Origin: an uncultured Acidobacteriota bacterium
GTDB taxonomy: Bacteria > Acidobacteriota > Thermoanaerobaculia > UBA5066 > DATFVB01
DNA: 64,000 nucleotides
Reading direction: 5' to 3'
Assembly: GCA_963813155.1 (NCBI GenBank)
Contig: CAWEYG010000005.1
Location: 215,786-279,785 of the forward strand
Shown here one piece after another: positions 40,619-49,474 of this stretch. A program made the position numbers and the translations under genes. The first letter of the stretch is position 1, and each line of letters opens with the position of its first letter. The notes beneath the pieces were generated by a model, which ran no database searches, had not been told where the DNA came from, and worked only from the letters and a program-made list of their open reading frames with translations.

Positions 40619-42034
40619 TCAGCGCGCGGTTTCGATCGGCCGAGTCCACGCGGGATTCTCGATGTTCCATCCTCCGCCGAGCGCGCGGTAGAGCTGGACG
40701 AGTGCCGCGAGCCGGCTGAACCGCGTCTGGACCTCGGCGTTCTCTGCAGGGAAGAGTTGCTGCTGGGCCTGCAGAACTTCGAGATAGTCGGAGAGGCCCG
40801 CGAGGTAGCGCTCGTTGGAGAGACGCACCGCGTCCCGGTAGGCGGTGACGGATCGGGCCTGCTGTTTCTCGACTTCCGCGAGCTTCTGGTAAGCGACGAG
40901 GGCCGTGGAGGACTCGGCGAACGCGTTCGTCACGCTCTGCTCGAACTGGGCCTTCGCCTGCTCCCACCGAGCGATGGCCGCACGGTACTCGTTGTGGAGG
41001 CGCCGTCCCTGGAGGACCGGCGTCAGGAGCCCGCCCCCGGCCGACCAGGCCTTCCCGCTCTGGAACAGCTGGGAGACCTGCGGCGCGACGCCGCCGAAGG
41101 CGCCGGTCAGGTCGATCCGGGGAAAGAAGTCGGCGACCGCCACGCCGACAGCCGCGTTGGCGGCCTGAAGGTTGCGCTCCGCCTGTCGGACGTCGGGCCG
41201 ACGCTCGAGAAGATCCGAAGGGAGCCCCGAGGGGATCTCCGGCGGAAGCGACTGATCATTCAACGCGGCGCCCCGGGCGATCGGCCCAGGGTTGCGGCCG
41301 AGGAGGAAGGAGATCGAGTTTTCCTGCGCGACGATCTGGCGTTCGAGATTCGGAATCTGGGCGGCCGTCGTGGCCAGAGACGCCTCGGCGCTCGCTGTTT
41401 CGAGCCTCGACGCGGCTCCTCCCTCCAGTCGCCGGTTGAAAAGGTCGAAGGTGCTCTGAAACGCCGCCGTCGTGCGCTTCGCGATTTCCAGCTGCAGGTC
41501 GAGCGCCCGGAGCTGGAAATACTCGGTTGCGACTTCCGAGACGAGCGACAGCGTCACGCCGCGACGCGCCTCTTCTGACGCCAGGTAGAGCGAGAGCGCC
41601 TGCTCGTCCAACCGCCGGATCCGTCCCCAGAGATCAATCTCCCAGGTGAGCCCCAGGTTGATGTCGAAGAGATTGACGGGGGACCCGGGAGCGACGAAGT
41701 CCGATTGCCGGCTTCGGGTCCATCCTCCCTCGCCCTGGATCTGGGGGAAAAACTGCGACCGGGCGATACCCGCATTCGCCCGAGCCTCCTCGACCCGCCA
41801 TGCGGAGAGGCGCAGGTCGTAGCCGTTCTTGAGTGCCTCGCCGATCAGATCCTTCAGCGCGTCGTCGTGAAATACCTCCCACCACGCCTCGTCGGCGAGC
41901 GATGCGGCCTCCGGCGGGCGCACCTGGCCGCGCGTTTCGGCAGGGGACGCGATTTCGGGCCGCCGGTAGCTCGGACCGACTGCGCAAGCGGCGAAAAGAC
42001 TCGAGGCGAGCACGATTCCGGCGGTCGATCTCAT
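40619..42034 (-). CDS. RND outer-membrane factor lipoprotein (NodT/OprM family)
   Basis: Lipobox FAAC, WEIDLWG, LLERRPDVRQAE, LYRALGGGW. Confidence 0.92.
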   Translation of the reverse strand: MRSTAGIVLASSLFAACAVGPSYRRPEIASPAETRGQVRPPEAASLADEAWWEVFHDDALKDLIGEALKNGYDLRLSAWRVEEARANAGIARSQFFPQIQGEGGWTRSRQSDFVAPGSPVNLFDINLGLTWEIDLWGRIRRLDEQALSLYLASEEARRGVTLSLVSEVATEYFQLRALDLQLEIAKRTTAAFQSTFDLFNRRLEGGAASRLETASAEASLATTAAQIPNLERQIVAQENSISFLLGRNPGPIARGAALNDQSLPPEIPSGLPSDLLERRPDVRQAERNLQAANAAVGVAVADFFPRIDLTGAFGGVAPQVSQLFQSGKAWSAGGGLLTPVLQGRRLHNEYRAAIARWEQAKAQFEQSVTNAFAESSTALVAYQKLAEVEKQQARSVTAYRDAVRLSNERYLAGLSDYLEVLQAQQQLFPAENAEVQTRFSRLAALVQLYRALGGGWNIENPAWTRPIETAR

Positions 42035-42035
42035 T

Positions 42036-45000
42036 TCACTTGGCCTCTCCCGACGGGGCCGGGGGGTTTCGGGGGGCCCCAGGGTCCCCCCTGCGCCCCG
42101 CGAAGCGCTCGACAACGACGAACAGAAACGGAATCACGAAGATCGCGATCGCCGTCGCGGCGAGCATGCCGACGATGACGACGGTCCCCAGGATTCGCCG
42201 CGAAGCCGCCCCGGAGCCGGTCGCGATCCACAGCGGCACGCAACCCAGAATGAAAGCGAAGGAAGTCATCAGGATCGGCCGGAACCGGAGCTTCGCCCCC
42301 TCCAGAGCAGCTTCCACGACGTCCCGTCCGTTCTCGAGCTCGTTTTTCGCGAACTCCACGATCAGAATCGCGTTTTTCGCCGCCAGGCCGATCAACATGA
42401 TCAAGCCGATCTGGGCGAAGACGTCGAGATCGTACTTGCGTAGGAAGAGTCCGAAAAAGGCGCCAAAGACGGCGATCGGAACCGAGAGAAGCACACTGAA
42501 GGGGAGAGACCAGCTCTCGTACAGAGCGGCGAGGATCAGGAAGACGAAGACGAACGACAGAGCGAACACGCGCACGGCCGTGCCTGCGGCTTTCTTCTCC
42601 TGATAGGAGAGGTCGCCCCAGTCGTAGCCCATCTCCGGCGGAAGGACCTTCTTCGCCACGTCTTCCAACGCTGCCATCGCCTGGCTCGAGCTGTAGCCCG
42701 GGGCGGCGGAGCCGATGACCTGAGCCGCACGATAGAGGTTGAAACGGTTCGTGAATTCGGGGCCCTCGATGCGGCGCGTCGTCACCAGCCCCGAAAGGGG
42801 AACCATGTTTCCGTCGTTGTTCCGCACGTAGAACTGGTTGATGTCCTGGGCGCTGACCCGATCCTCGCCCTCCGCCTGGAGGAATACTCGCCATTGCCGC
42901 CCGAAGCGGTTGAACTGGTTCAAGTACAACCCGCCGAGGAAGGTCTGGAGCGTGAGGTAGACATCGCCCACGGCAACTCCCTGCTTCAAGACTTTGTCGC
43001 GATCCACGTCCGCGAAAACCTGGGGCGCCGAGGCGCTGAACAGCGAGTTCACGCTCGTCAACTCCGGCCTTTTCCGGCAGGCGTCGAGAAACTTCTGGAG
43101 ATTGTCGGCGAGAAACGCAGGGCTTCCTCCGCTGCGGTCCTGGAGCCAGAAGGAGAAACCGCCGGAGTTGCCCAGGCCGGGAATCGCGGGGGGCGGAAAC
43201 CCGAAGACCACCGCTTCGGGCACGTGCGCGGCAAACTCGCCGTTGAGTTTCTTCATGATGGCCGCGGACTGCAGTTCCGGTTTCTTTCGCTCTTCCCAGG
43301 GTTTGAGCGAAACGAAAAAGAAGGCGTTGTACGAGGCCGAAACGCGGGAGAGCAGACTGAACCCGACGACGCTCGTCGTGTACTGAACCCCTTCGGTCTT
43401 GCCGAGAATCGCCTCGATCTTTCGGCAGACGGCGTCGGTGCGCTGGAGCGAGGCTGCCGCCGGGAGCTGAGCATTCATGAAGAGATATCCCTGGTCCTCG
43501 TCGGGAACGAAGCTCGTCGGCAGCCTCTTTCCGAGGACCCCGTCGAGCAGCACGAATCCGCCGAGAATGGCGACGGCGATGATGCCTTTCCGGATCAATG
43601 CGTGGGAAAGATTCGTATAGCCGCCGGTCACTCGTGCGAACTGCCGGTTGAACGCAGCAAATACGCGGCCCAACGGTCCCCGGGATTCCTTGCGAGGCTT
43701 CAGGAGCATCGCCGAAAGGGCCGGCGAGAGCGTCAGGGCGTTGAAGGCGGAGATGACGACCGAAATCGCGATCGTCACGGCGAACTGTTTGTTCAGCCTC
43801 CCCTGGATGCCGCTCATGAAAGCGACCGGAATGAAGACCGAGGCGAGGACGAGCGCGATGCCAACGACCGGCCCGGAGACCTCCTTCATCGCCTGGAACG
43901 TCGCGTCGCGCGGCGACATCCCCTGTTCGATGTGGTGCTCGACCGCTTCGACGACGACGATCGCGTCGTCGACGACCAGCCCGACGGCGAGGATCAATCC
44001 GAAGAGGGACAGCGTGTTGATCGAGAAACCGAGAAGCGGAAAGACCGCGAACGTGCCGATCAAGGAAACCGGCACGGCAATCATGGGGATGAGCGTCGCG
44101 CGCCAGTTCTGGAGGAAGAGGAAGACGACGAGGATGACGAGAACGATGGCGGCCGCGAGGGTCTTGACGATCTCCCGGATTCCCTCGGTCACCGGAAGCG
44201 TCGTGTCGAGACCGATCGCGTAATCGAGGTCGGAGGGGAAGCGCTGCTTGAGCTCCGCCATCGTCTTCTTGACGCCTTTGGCCACCGCCAGTGCGTTGGA
44301 TCCGGGCGCCTGAAAAATCGCGATGATGCAGGCGGGCTTGCCATTCAACCGTCCGACCTGCTTATAGGAGAGACCCCCGAGCTCGATCCGGGCGATGTCC
44401 TTCAGCCGCACGACCGAGCCGTCCGGGTTCGACCGCACGACGATCTGCCCGAACTGCTCCGCCGTCTGGAGCCGCCCCTGCGCCCGGACCGTGTAGGTCA
44501 TCTCCTGTCCCTTTGGGGACGGCTCGGCACCGACCTGGCCTGCCGGGTTCGCGCTGCTCTGCTGCTGGACAGCCGTGTTGATGTCGGGCACCGTGATTCC
44601 GAGCTTCGCGAGCAGATCGGGCTTGACCCAGATGCGCATCGCGTAGTCGCCGGCGCCGAAGACGAGCACCTGGCCGACGCCCGGCACGCGGTAGAGAGTG
44701 TCGTTGACGTTGATGGTGGCGTAGTTGGCGAGAAAGAGGGCATCGTACGTGTTGTTGGGAGAATAGAGCGGGATCAGGAGGAGGGGCAGGCCGGTCGACC
44801 TCCGGATGTTGAAGCCGAACTGGTTGACGTCGTTCGGAAGAAACGGCTGAGCCTGACCCAAGCGGTTCTGCGTGTTGACCTGGTCCTGGTTGACGTCCGT
44901 GTCGACGTCGAACGTGACGAACTCCTGCAGGGTGTTGTCGTTTGCGTTGATGGACTGCATGTACAGCATGTTGTCGACGCCGTTCATCTGCTGCTCGATG

Positions 45001-45191
45001 GGAGTGGCGACCGATTGCTCGATCGTGACGGCGTCCGCTCCCGGGTAAGTCGTCGAGACGATGATCTGCGGAGGGACGATGTCCGGGAATTGCGCCACCG
45101 GAAGTCCCTGCATGGCGACGAGGCCGGCAATGACTGTCACGATCGCAATGACGATCGCCACGATCGGGCGACCGATGAAGAACCGAGACAC
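42036..45191 (-). CDS. RND efflux permease (HAE1/AcrB family)
   Basis: MSRFFIGRP, GLVVDDAIVVVE, AKNAILIVEFA, RFRPILMTS. Confidence 0.95.
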   Translation of the reverse strand: MSRFFIGRPIVAIVIAIVTVIAGLVAMQGLPVAQFPDIVPPQIIVSTTYPGADAVTIEQSVATPIEQQMNGVDNMLYMQSINANDNTLQEFVTFDVDTDVNQDQVNTQNRLGQAQPFLPNDVNQFGFNIRRSTGLPLLLIPLYSPNNTYDALFLANYATINVNDTLYRVPGVGQVLVFGAGDYAMRIWVKPDLLAKLGITVPDINTAVQQQSSANPAGQVGAEPSPKGQEMTYTVRAQGRLQTAEQFGQIVVRSNPDGSVVRLKDIARIELGGLSYKQVGRLNGKPACIIAIFQAPGSNALAVAKGVKKTMAELKQRFPSDLDYAIGLDTTLPVTEGIREIVKTLAAAIVLVILVVFLFLQNWRATLIPMIAVPVSLIGTFAVFPLLGFSINTLSLFGLILAVGLVVDDAIVVVEAVEHHIEQGMSPRDATFQAMKEVSGPVVGIALVLASVFIPVAFMSGIQGRLNKQFAVTIAISVVISAFNALTLSPALSAMLLKPRKESRGPLGRVFAAFNRQFARVTGGYTNLSHALIRKGIIAVAILGGFVLLDGVLGKRLPTSFVPDEDQGYLFMNAQLPAAASLQRTDAVCRKIEAILGKTEGVQYTTSVVGFSLLSRVSASYNAFFFVSLKPWEERKKPELQSAAIMKKLNGEFAAHVPEAVVFGFPPPAIPGLGNSGGFSFWLQDRSGGSPAFLADNLQKFLDACRKRPELTSVNSLFSASAPQVFADVDRDKVLKQGVAVGDVYLTLQTFLGGLYLNQFNRFGRQWRVFLQAEGEDRVSAQDINQFYVRNNDGNMVPLSGLVTTRRIEGPEFTNRFNLYRAAQVIGSAAPGYSSSQAMAALEDVAKKVLPPEMGYDWGDLSYQEKKAAGTAVRVFALSFVFVFLILAALYESWSLPFSVLLSVPIAVFGAFFGLFLRKYDLDVFAQIGLIMLIGLAAKNAILIVEFAKNELENGRDVVEAALEGAKLRFRPILMTSFAFILGCVPLWIATGSGAASRRILGTVVIVGMLAATAIAIFVIPFLFVVVERFAGRRGDPGAPRNPPAPSGEAK

Positions 45192-45192
45192 G

Positions 45193-46386
45193 TCAGTTCC
45201 CCGAAGCCGCCGGGGGCCCCGTCGTCGAAGGCTCCTCGGCCGGCCTGGGATCGACGACCATGCCGGGCTTGACCTTCTGGACTCCTTCGACGATGACGCG
45301 ATCTCCGGGGCTCAAACCCTTCTCGATGATCCAGAGGGCGCCGATGCGATCTCCGGTCTGGACCGGCCGGATTTCGACCTTGTCGCCCGCGCCGACGACG
45401 GCGACCTGATTCAAGCCCTGGAGCTCCGATACCGCGCGCTGGGGGACGAGGATCGCGCCCTTTCTCACGTCCGTCGCCGCCCGCACCTTCGCGTATTGAC
45501 CGGGCCGAAGGAGATGTTTCGGGTTCGGAAAGACCCCTTCCACCTGGATCGTGCCCGTCTTCACGTCGACGTTGCGATTGGCCAGAATGGGGTCGCCCCG
45601 CATCGGATACTCCGTGCCGTCCGATAGGGTGAGCGAGAGCATTCCCTTGTCCCGGGCGGGGACGGACCGGACGGCATCCACGGGACCGCGCTTCTGCGCC
45701 CAGGCCATGTACTCCTGCTCGCTCGGGTTGAAGAAGACCTTGATCGGATCGACGACGGAAACGGTCGTCATCGTCGTCTGCCCGTTGACGAGGTCGCCGA
45801 CTTGCGACTTCGCGATTCCGGCAATTCCATCGAGGAGAGACGTGACCCGGGTCCAACCCAGATTGAGCCGCGCCTGCTCGGCCGCAGCCCGGGCCGAGTC
45901 CACGTTCGCCTGCGCCTGACGTTGGGCGGCCAGCGCGTTGTCGAGCTCCTGTTGGCTGATCGCCTTGTCGGCGGCCAGAGGCGTGAATCGCGCGACGTCG
46001 AGCCTGGCTTTGCCGAGCGCCGCCTCGTTTTGTGCCAGGAAACCCTTCGCCTGATCGAGAGCGGCCTGAAACTGGCGGGGGTCGATCTCGAAAAGGACAT
46101 CCCCCTTTTGAACGAACGAGCCTTCTTTGTAAACCTGTCGCAACATGTAGCCCGCCACCTGCGGCCGGATGTCGGCATTGACGTAGCCGTCGAGCGAGCC
46201 GACCCACTCCTTGGTGATCGGAACGTCCTTCCGAACGACCGTCACGACTTCGACGGCGAGCGGCGGGGGTGGGGGCGCTTCCTTCTTTGCGCAGGAGGTG
46301 CAGACGAGCCCCGCGAGAAGAAGTCTCGAAACGTTTCTCGTCAAGAGATGGGCCTTCCACAGTTTCCGAAGGCGGGATGCGGACAT
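45193..46386 (-). CDS. RND periplasmic adaptor (AcrA/MexA family)
   Basis: Lipobox-like CTSC, IRPQVAG, LFEIDP, LRPGQY. Confidence 0.92.
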   Translation of the reverse strand: MSASRLRKLWKAHLLTRNVSRLLLAGLVCTSCAKKEAPPPPPLAVEVVTVVRKDVPITKEWVGSLDGYVNADIRPQVAGYMLRQVYKEGSFVQKGDVLFEIDPRQFQAALDQAKGFLAQNEAALGKARLDVARFTPLAADKAISQQELDNALAAQRQAQANVDSARAAAEQARLNLGWTRVTSLLDGIAGIAKSQVGDLVNGQTTMTTVSVVDPIKVFFNPSEQEYMAWAQKRGPVDAVRSVPARDKGMLSLTLSDGTEYPMRGDPILANRNVDVKTGTIQVEGVFPNPKHLLRPGQYAKVRAATDVRKGAILVPQRAVSELQGLNQVAVVGAGDKVEIRPVQTGDRIGALWIIEKGLSPGDRVIVEGVQKVKPGMVVDPRPAEEPSTTGPPAASGN

Positions 46387-46596
46387 CTGAGCCTCCGAGG
46401 TGACGCAAACGAAACTATCACAAGGTTCGTGGGTCCCGGCCCGCAGGATCGATCGCAGCCCAAGGCAGTGGCTCACCCGATCGAAGAGGCGGCGAAAAGT
46501 TTGGCACGGGCCGCGAAGTGGAGTCACTGTTCGTCACTTCGACGGCTGGAGGAGATCAGCGTGATTTGCCGCGACGATTGGGGCCGACGGCCATCC

Positions 46597-47445
46597 TCAT
46601 GACTTGACGGCTCGGGCCGAACTCCAGAGCGCCCAGCCCGGATTGATCCGGTTTGGATAGAGCTCCAGCATCTTGTCGTAGAGCTCTTGAGCGGTTGCGG
46701 CCGTTTCCGCGAGCCGGTCGAAATCTCGGATGTACTTCCGGGTTTCTTCGATGATCCTGGGATCGTCGGCGTTTTCGGGTCGCTTATGGGATGCGACAAC
46801 CGCGCGCGGGTTGAGCGACTCAATTGTGTCGAGCGCGGATATCCACTCCCGCCTTTTCTGCGCATTGGACTCGGCGAGGTAGAGGTGGACATCGTTGTAG
46901 GCGGCGTCGCCGGCGACCACGAGTCCGATGGAGGGGACATTCAGACACGTCGTGTGATCCGTGTCTGTGTGACCAAGCTCGACGGCGATCAATTCATGCC
47001 CTTCCAGATCGATGACATTCCCTTTGAGCTCCTCGGCAATCACCAGCTTGTCCGGAATCTGGCCAGGAAATCCCGGCTTCCAGAACTTACGGAGGAACTC
47101 CGGGTCGGCGTTCTGGCGCATGACCTTCACGGCATCGGGCGTTGCCACTGCTCTGGCGTTTGGGAATCGGTCGAGGAGAGTGCCGACTCCAAACCAATGG
47201 TCTCCATGGCCATGCGTGAGGTAGATGGTCGTCAGTTTCTTGCCCTTTGAGGACACCCAATCCGCGAGAGCATTGGCCTGTTTGACTGTCATGAACGCAT
47301 CCACGAGTGCGGCCTCTCGCGCGCCATAGACGAGGGTTGACGCCATCGCCTGAAAATAGGCCTCCTTGACGCCCGGTGGGAGATCGGGAGTGACAATGGG
47401 TATTCCCGGCGTCACGAAGACTTCCCAGTTCAGAGGAGCAACCAT
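46597..47445 (-). CDS. MBL-fold metallo-hydrolase
   Basis: THGHGDHWFG, GHT, VAGD, ASH motifs. Confidence 0.9.
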   Translation of the reverse strand: MVAPLNWEVFVTPGIPIVTPDLPPGVKEAYFQAMASTLVYGAREAALVDAFMTVKQANALADWVSSKGKKLTTIYLTHGHGDHWFGVGTLLDRFPNARAVATPDAVKVMRQNADPEFLRKFWKPGFPGQIPDKLVIAEELKGNVIDLEGHELIAVELGHTDTDHTTCLNVPSIGLVVAGDAAYNDVHLYLAESNAQKRREWISALDTIESLNPRAVVASHKRPENADDPRIIEETRKYIRDFDRLAETAATAQELYDKMLELYPNRINPGWALWSSARAVKS

Positions 47446-47491
47446 TCGGATTCTCCTTTCCGTGCACTTTGCGACTGGGCGCGGTCTGCGG

Positions 47492-48307
47492 CTACTTGCT
47501 CCCCAGTTTTGCCGAGGCTTGCTCGATCAGGTCGGCCACTTCTTTCGGATGGGAAAGCATGGCCACGTGACTCGAGGGAATCGTGATCGAAGTCGCCTTC
47601 ATTCTTGCCGCCTCCGCCTTTTCCAGCTCGGGCGGAATCGCGCGGTCGTGGCTGGCGATCACGAACCAGGAGGGCTTCGTCTTCCACGCCGCGGACGTGA
47701 TGTTTGCGCCGAAGGCGGCGGCATTCGTGGGGCCCTGCGTCGCCGCCAGGAGTTGCTTCTCCGCCTTCGACAGGTCCTGGGCGAAATCTTCGGCGATTCC
47801 CTTTGGGGTCACCGACAGAAAACCCTGCGAGTCGGGCCGCAGCTCGCTGCCGAGCGGGGCGGCCGGATAGGGCTTGCTGATGCTCCCCACGGATTCGCCT
47901 TCTCCCGGCGCAAAGGCTGCGACGTAAACCAATCCGGCGACTTTTGGATCATTGCCGGCCTCGGTGATCACTGCGCCCCCGTAGGAATGGCCGACCAGCA
48001 GAACGGGGCCATCCTGCAGCGCGATGGCGCGCTTCGTTGCGGCGACGTCGTCGGCCAGCGACGTCAGGGGGTTCTGGACCGCGACGACGTGTAGCCCGCT
48101 CGCTTCGAGGAGCGGAATCACCCTGGACCAACTCGAGCCGTCGGCCCAGGCGCCATGGACGAGGATGACGTTCTTGACGTGGGCACGTGCGGCGGTGGGA
48201 GCGCCGGATGCTCGTACGAGGCCGGCCGCGAAAAGGAATCCTGCCATTGCGATCTGAACCGTTCGGTAAGCTTGGGACTGCCTCATTCGATTTCTCCTTT
48301 CAGTCAT
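47492..48307 (-). CDS. Secreted alpha/beta hydrolase
   Basis: LVHGAWADGSSW, GHSYGG, SSHV; signal peptide. Confidence 0.9.
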   Translation of the reverse strand: MTERRNRMRQSQAYRTVQIAMAGFLFAAGLVRASGAPTAARAHVKNVILVHGAWADGSSWSRVIPLLEASGLHVVAVQNPLTSLADDVAATKRAIALQDGPVLLVGHSYGGAVITEAGNDPKVAGLVYVAAFAPGEGESVGSISKPYPAAPLGSELRPDSQGFLSVTPKGIAEDFAQDLSKAEKQLLAATQGPTNAAAFGANITSAAWKTKPSWFVIASHDRAIPPELEKAEAARMKATSITIPSSHVAMLSHPKEVADLIEQASAKLGSK

Positions 48308-48349
48308 GCGGATCCTCCTTTCGGTGCGCGTTGCGATTCGACGCGGGTC

Positions 48350-48402
48350 GGTTTAATATCGCAACCATCCGAGGCTAATCCCATAAGTTTAATAATGCAA
48401 CT
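48350..48402. promoter_or_regulatory. Two putative HxlR operator sites
   Basis: GGTTTAATATCGCAACC and AGTTTAATAATGCAACT (GTT-N9-AAC) in the AT-rich gap between divergent genes. Confidence 0.6.
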
Positions 48403-48414
48403 AACACTAAGGTA

Positions 48415-48918
48415 ATGAAACGCAAGAATTTAAGCGATGACTGGTGCCCCATCGCGCGGTCTCTCGACTCGATCGGGGACTGGTGGTCGCTCCTGATCGT
48501 CCGCGACGCTCTCGTGTTCGGCAAGCGCCGCTTCGGCGAATTCCAGAAGAGCCTCGGGCTCGCGCGGAACATTCTCACGTCGCGGCTGCGCAAGCTCGTG
48601 GCCCACGGGGTTCTCGAGCTCGTGCCCGCATCCGACGGAAGCGTCCATCAGGAGTACGTGCTCACCGAACGCGGTCGGTCGCTCTACGTCGTCCTGACTG
48701 CGCTGCGGCAGTGGGGCGAAGAGGCCTTCGAGCCCGGAATGTTGAGCACGGTGCTCGTCGATCGCCTGAAAAACGAGCGGGTCCCTCCTCTGGAGCTGAG
48801 AGCTCGGGACGGGCGATTCCTCGGCCCGGCGGACATCAAGGTCGTGCCGGCGGCAGAGATTCGGTCTTCCCGCCGGGGTTTCCGCAAACGGGCGAGCCGT
48901 AGGGATCGGGAGCCATGA
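48415..48918 (+). CDS. HxlR-family transcriptional regulator
   Basis: CPIARSLDSIGDWWSLLIVRD, EYVLTERG, LRQWGE. Confidence 0.92.
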   Translation: MKRKNLSDDWCPIARSLDSIGDWWSLLIVRDALVFGKRRFGEFQKSLGLARNILTSRLRKLVAHGVLELVPASDGSVHQEYVLTERGRSLYVVLTALRQWGEEAFEPGMLSTVLVDRLKNERVPPLELRARDGRFLGPADIKVVPAAEIRSSRRGFRKRASRRDREP

Positions 48919-48961
48919 CTTGCCAACGGGTCGCGATCGGCGAACAGCGTAGGATTCCGTC

Positions 48962-49447
48962 ATGGATCCGCGCGCCCGGGAGCTCGTCGAGACGCTCGGC
49001 CTCGCGCCGCATCCGGAGGGAGGTTTCTTCCGGGAGGTCTTCCGTTCTTCGGATCGAGTGACTCGCGTCTCTTCCGGCGAGGAGCGCAGCGCCCTCACGT
49101 CGATTCACTTCCTGCTCCCTTCGGGTTCGTTCAGCCGCTGGCACCGCGTCCTCTCGGACGAGGCCTGGCACTTCGCGGAGGGCTCGCCGCTGGAGCTTTT
49201 CGTGTGTGAGCCGGGCGAAAAGGCCATTCGCCGGACAGTCCTCGGCGAGGTCGGCGGCGGCGCCCGGCCCGTCGAGGTCGTGCCCGCTGGCTGTGCGCAG
49301 GCGGCTCGGCCGGTCGGAAGCTTCACGCTTGTCGGATGCACGGTGGGTCCCGGTTTCGAGTTCGCAGATTTCCGGCTGCTGGCGGACGAACCGGACGCCG
49401 CCCGGCGCCTTCGGGCCCTCGACCCGGCGCTCGCGACCCTGCTCTGA
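48962..49447 (+). CDS. Cupin_5 (DUF985) protein
   Basis: LGLAPHPEGGFFRE, WHRV.SDE.WHF, CTVGPGFEFADF. Confidence 0.9.
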   Translation: MDPRARELVETLGLAPHPEGGFFREVFRSSDRVTRVSSGEERSALTSIHFLLPSGSFSRWHRVLSDEAWHFAEGSPLELFVCEPGEKAIRRTVLGEVGGGARPVEVVPAGCAQAARPVGSFTLVGCTVGPGFEFADFRLLADEPDAARRLRALDPALATLL

Positions 49448-49474
49448 CGCGGGCGAAAGACGGCCGGCGCGCGG

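Noticed and set aside
42894-45272. Long antisense ORFs over the RND gene (and similarly over lptD and thiolase)
   Set aside because: Shadow frames caused by GC3 bias, with no protein motifs.
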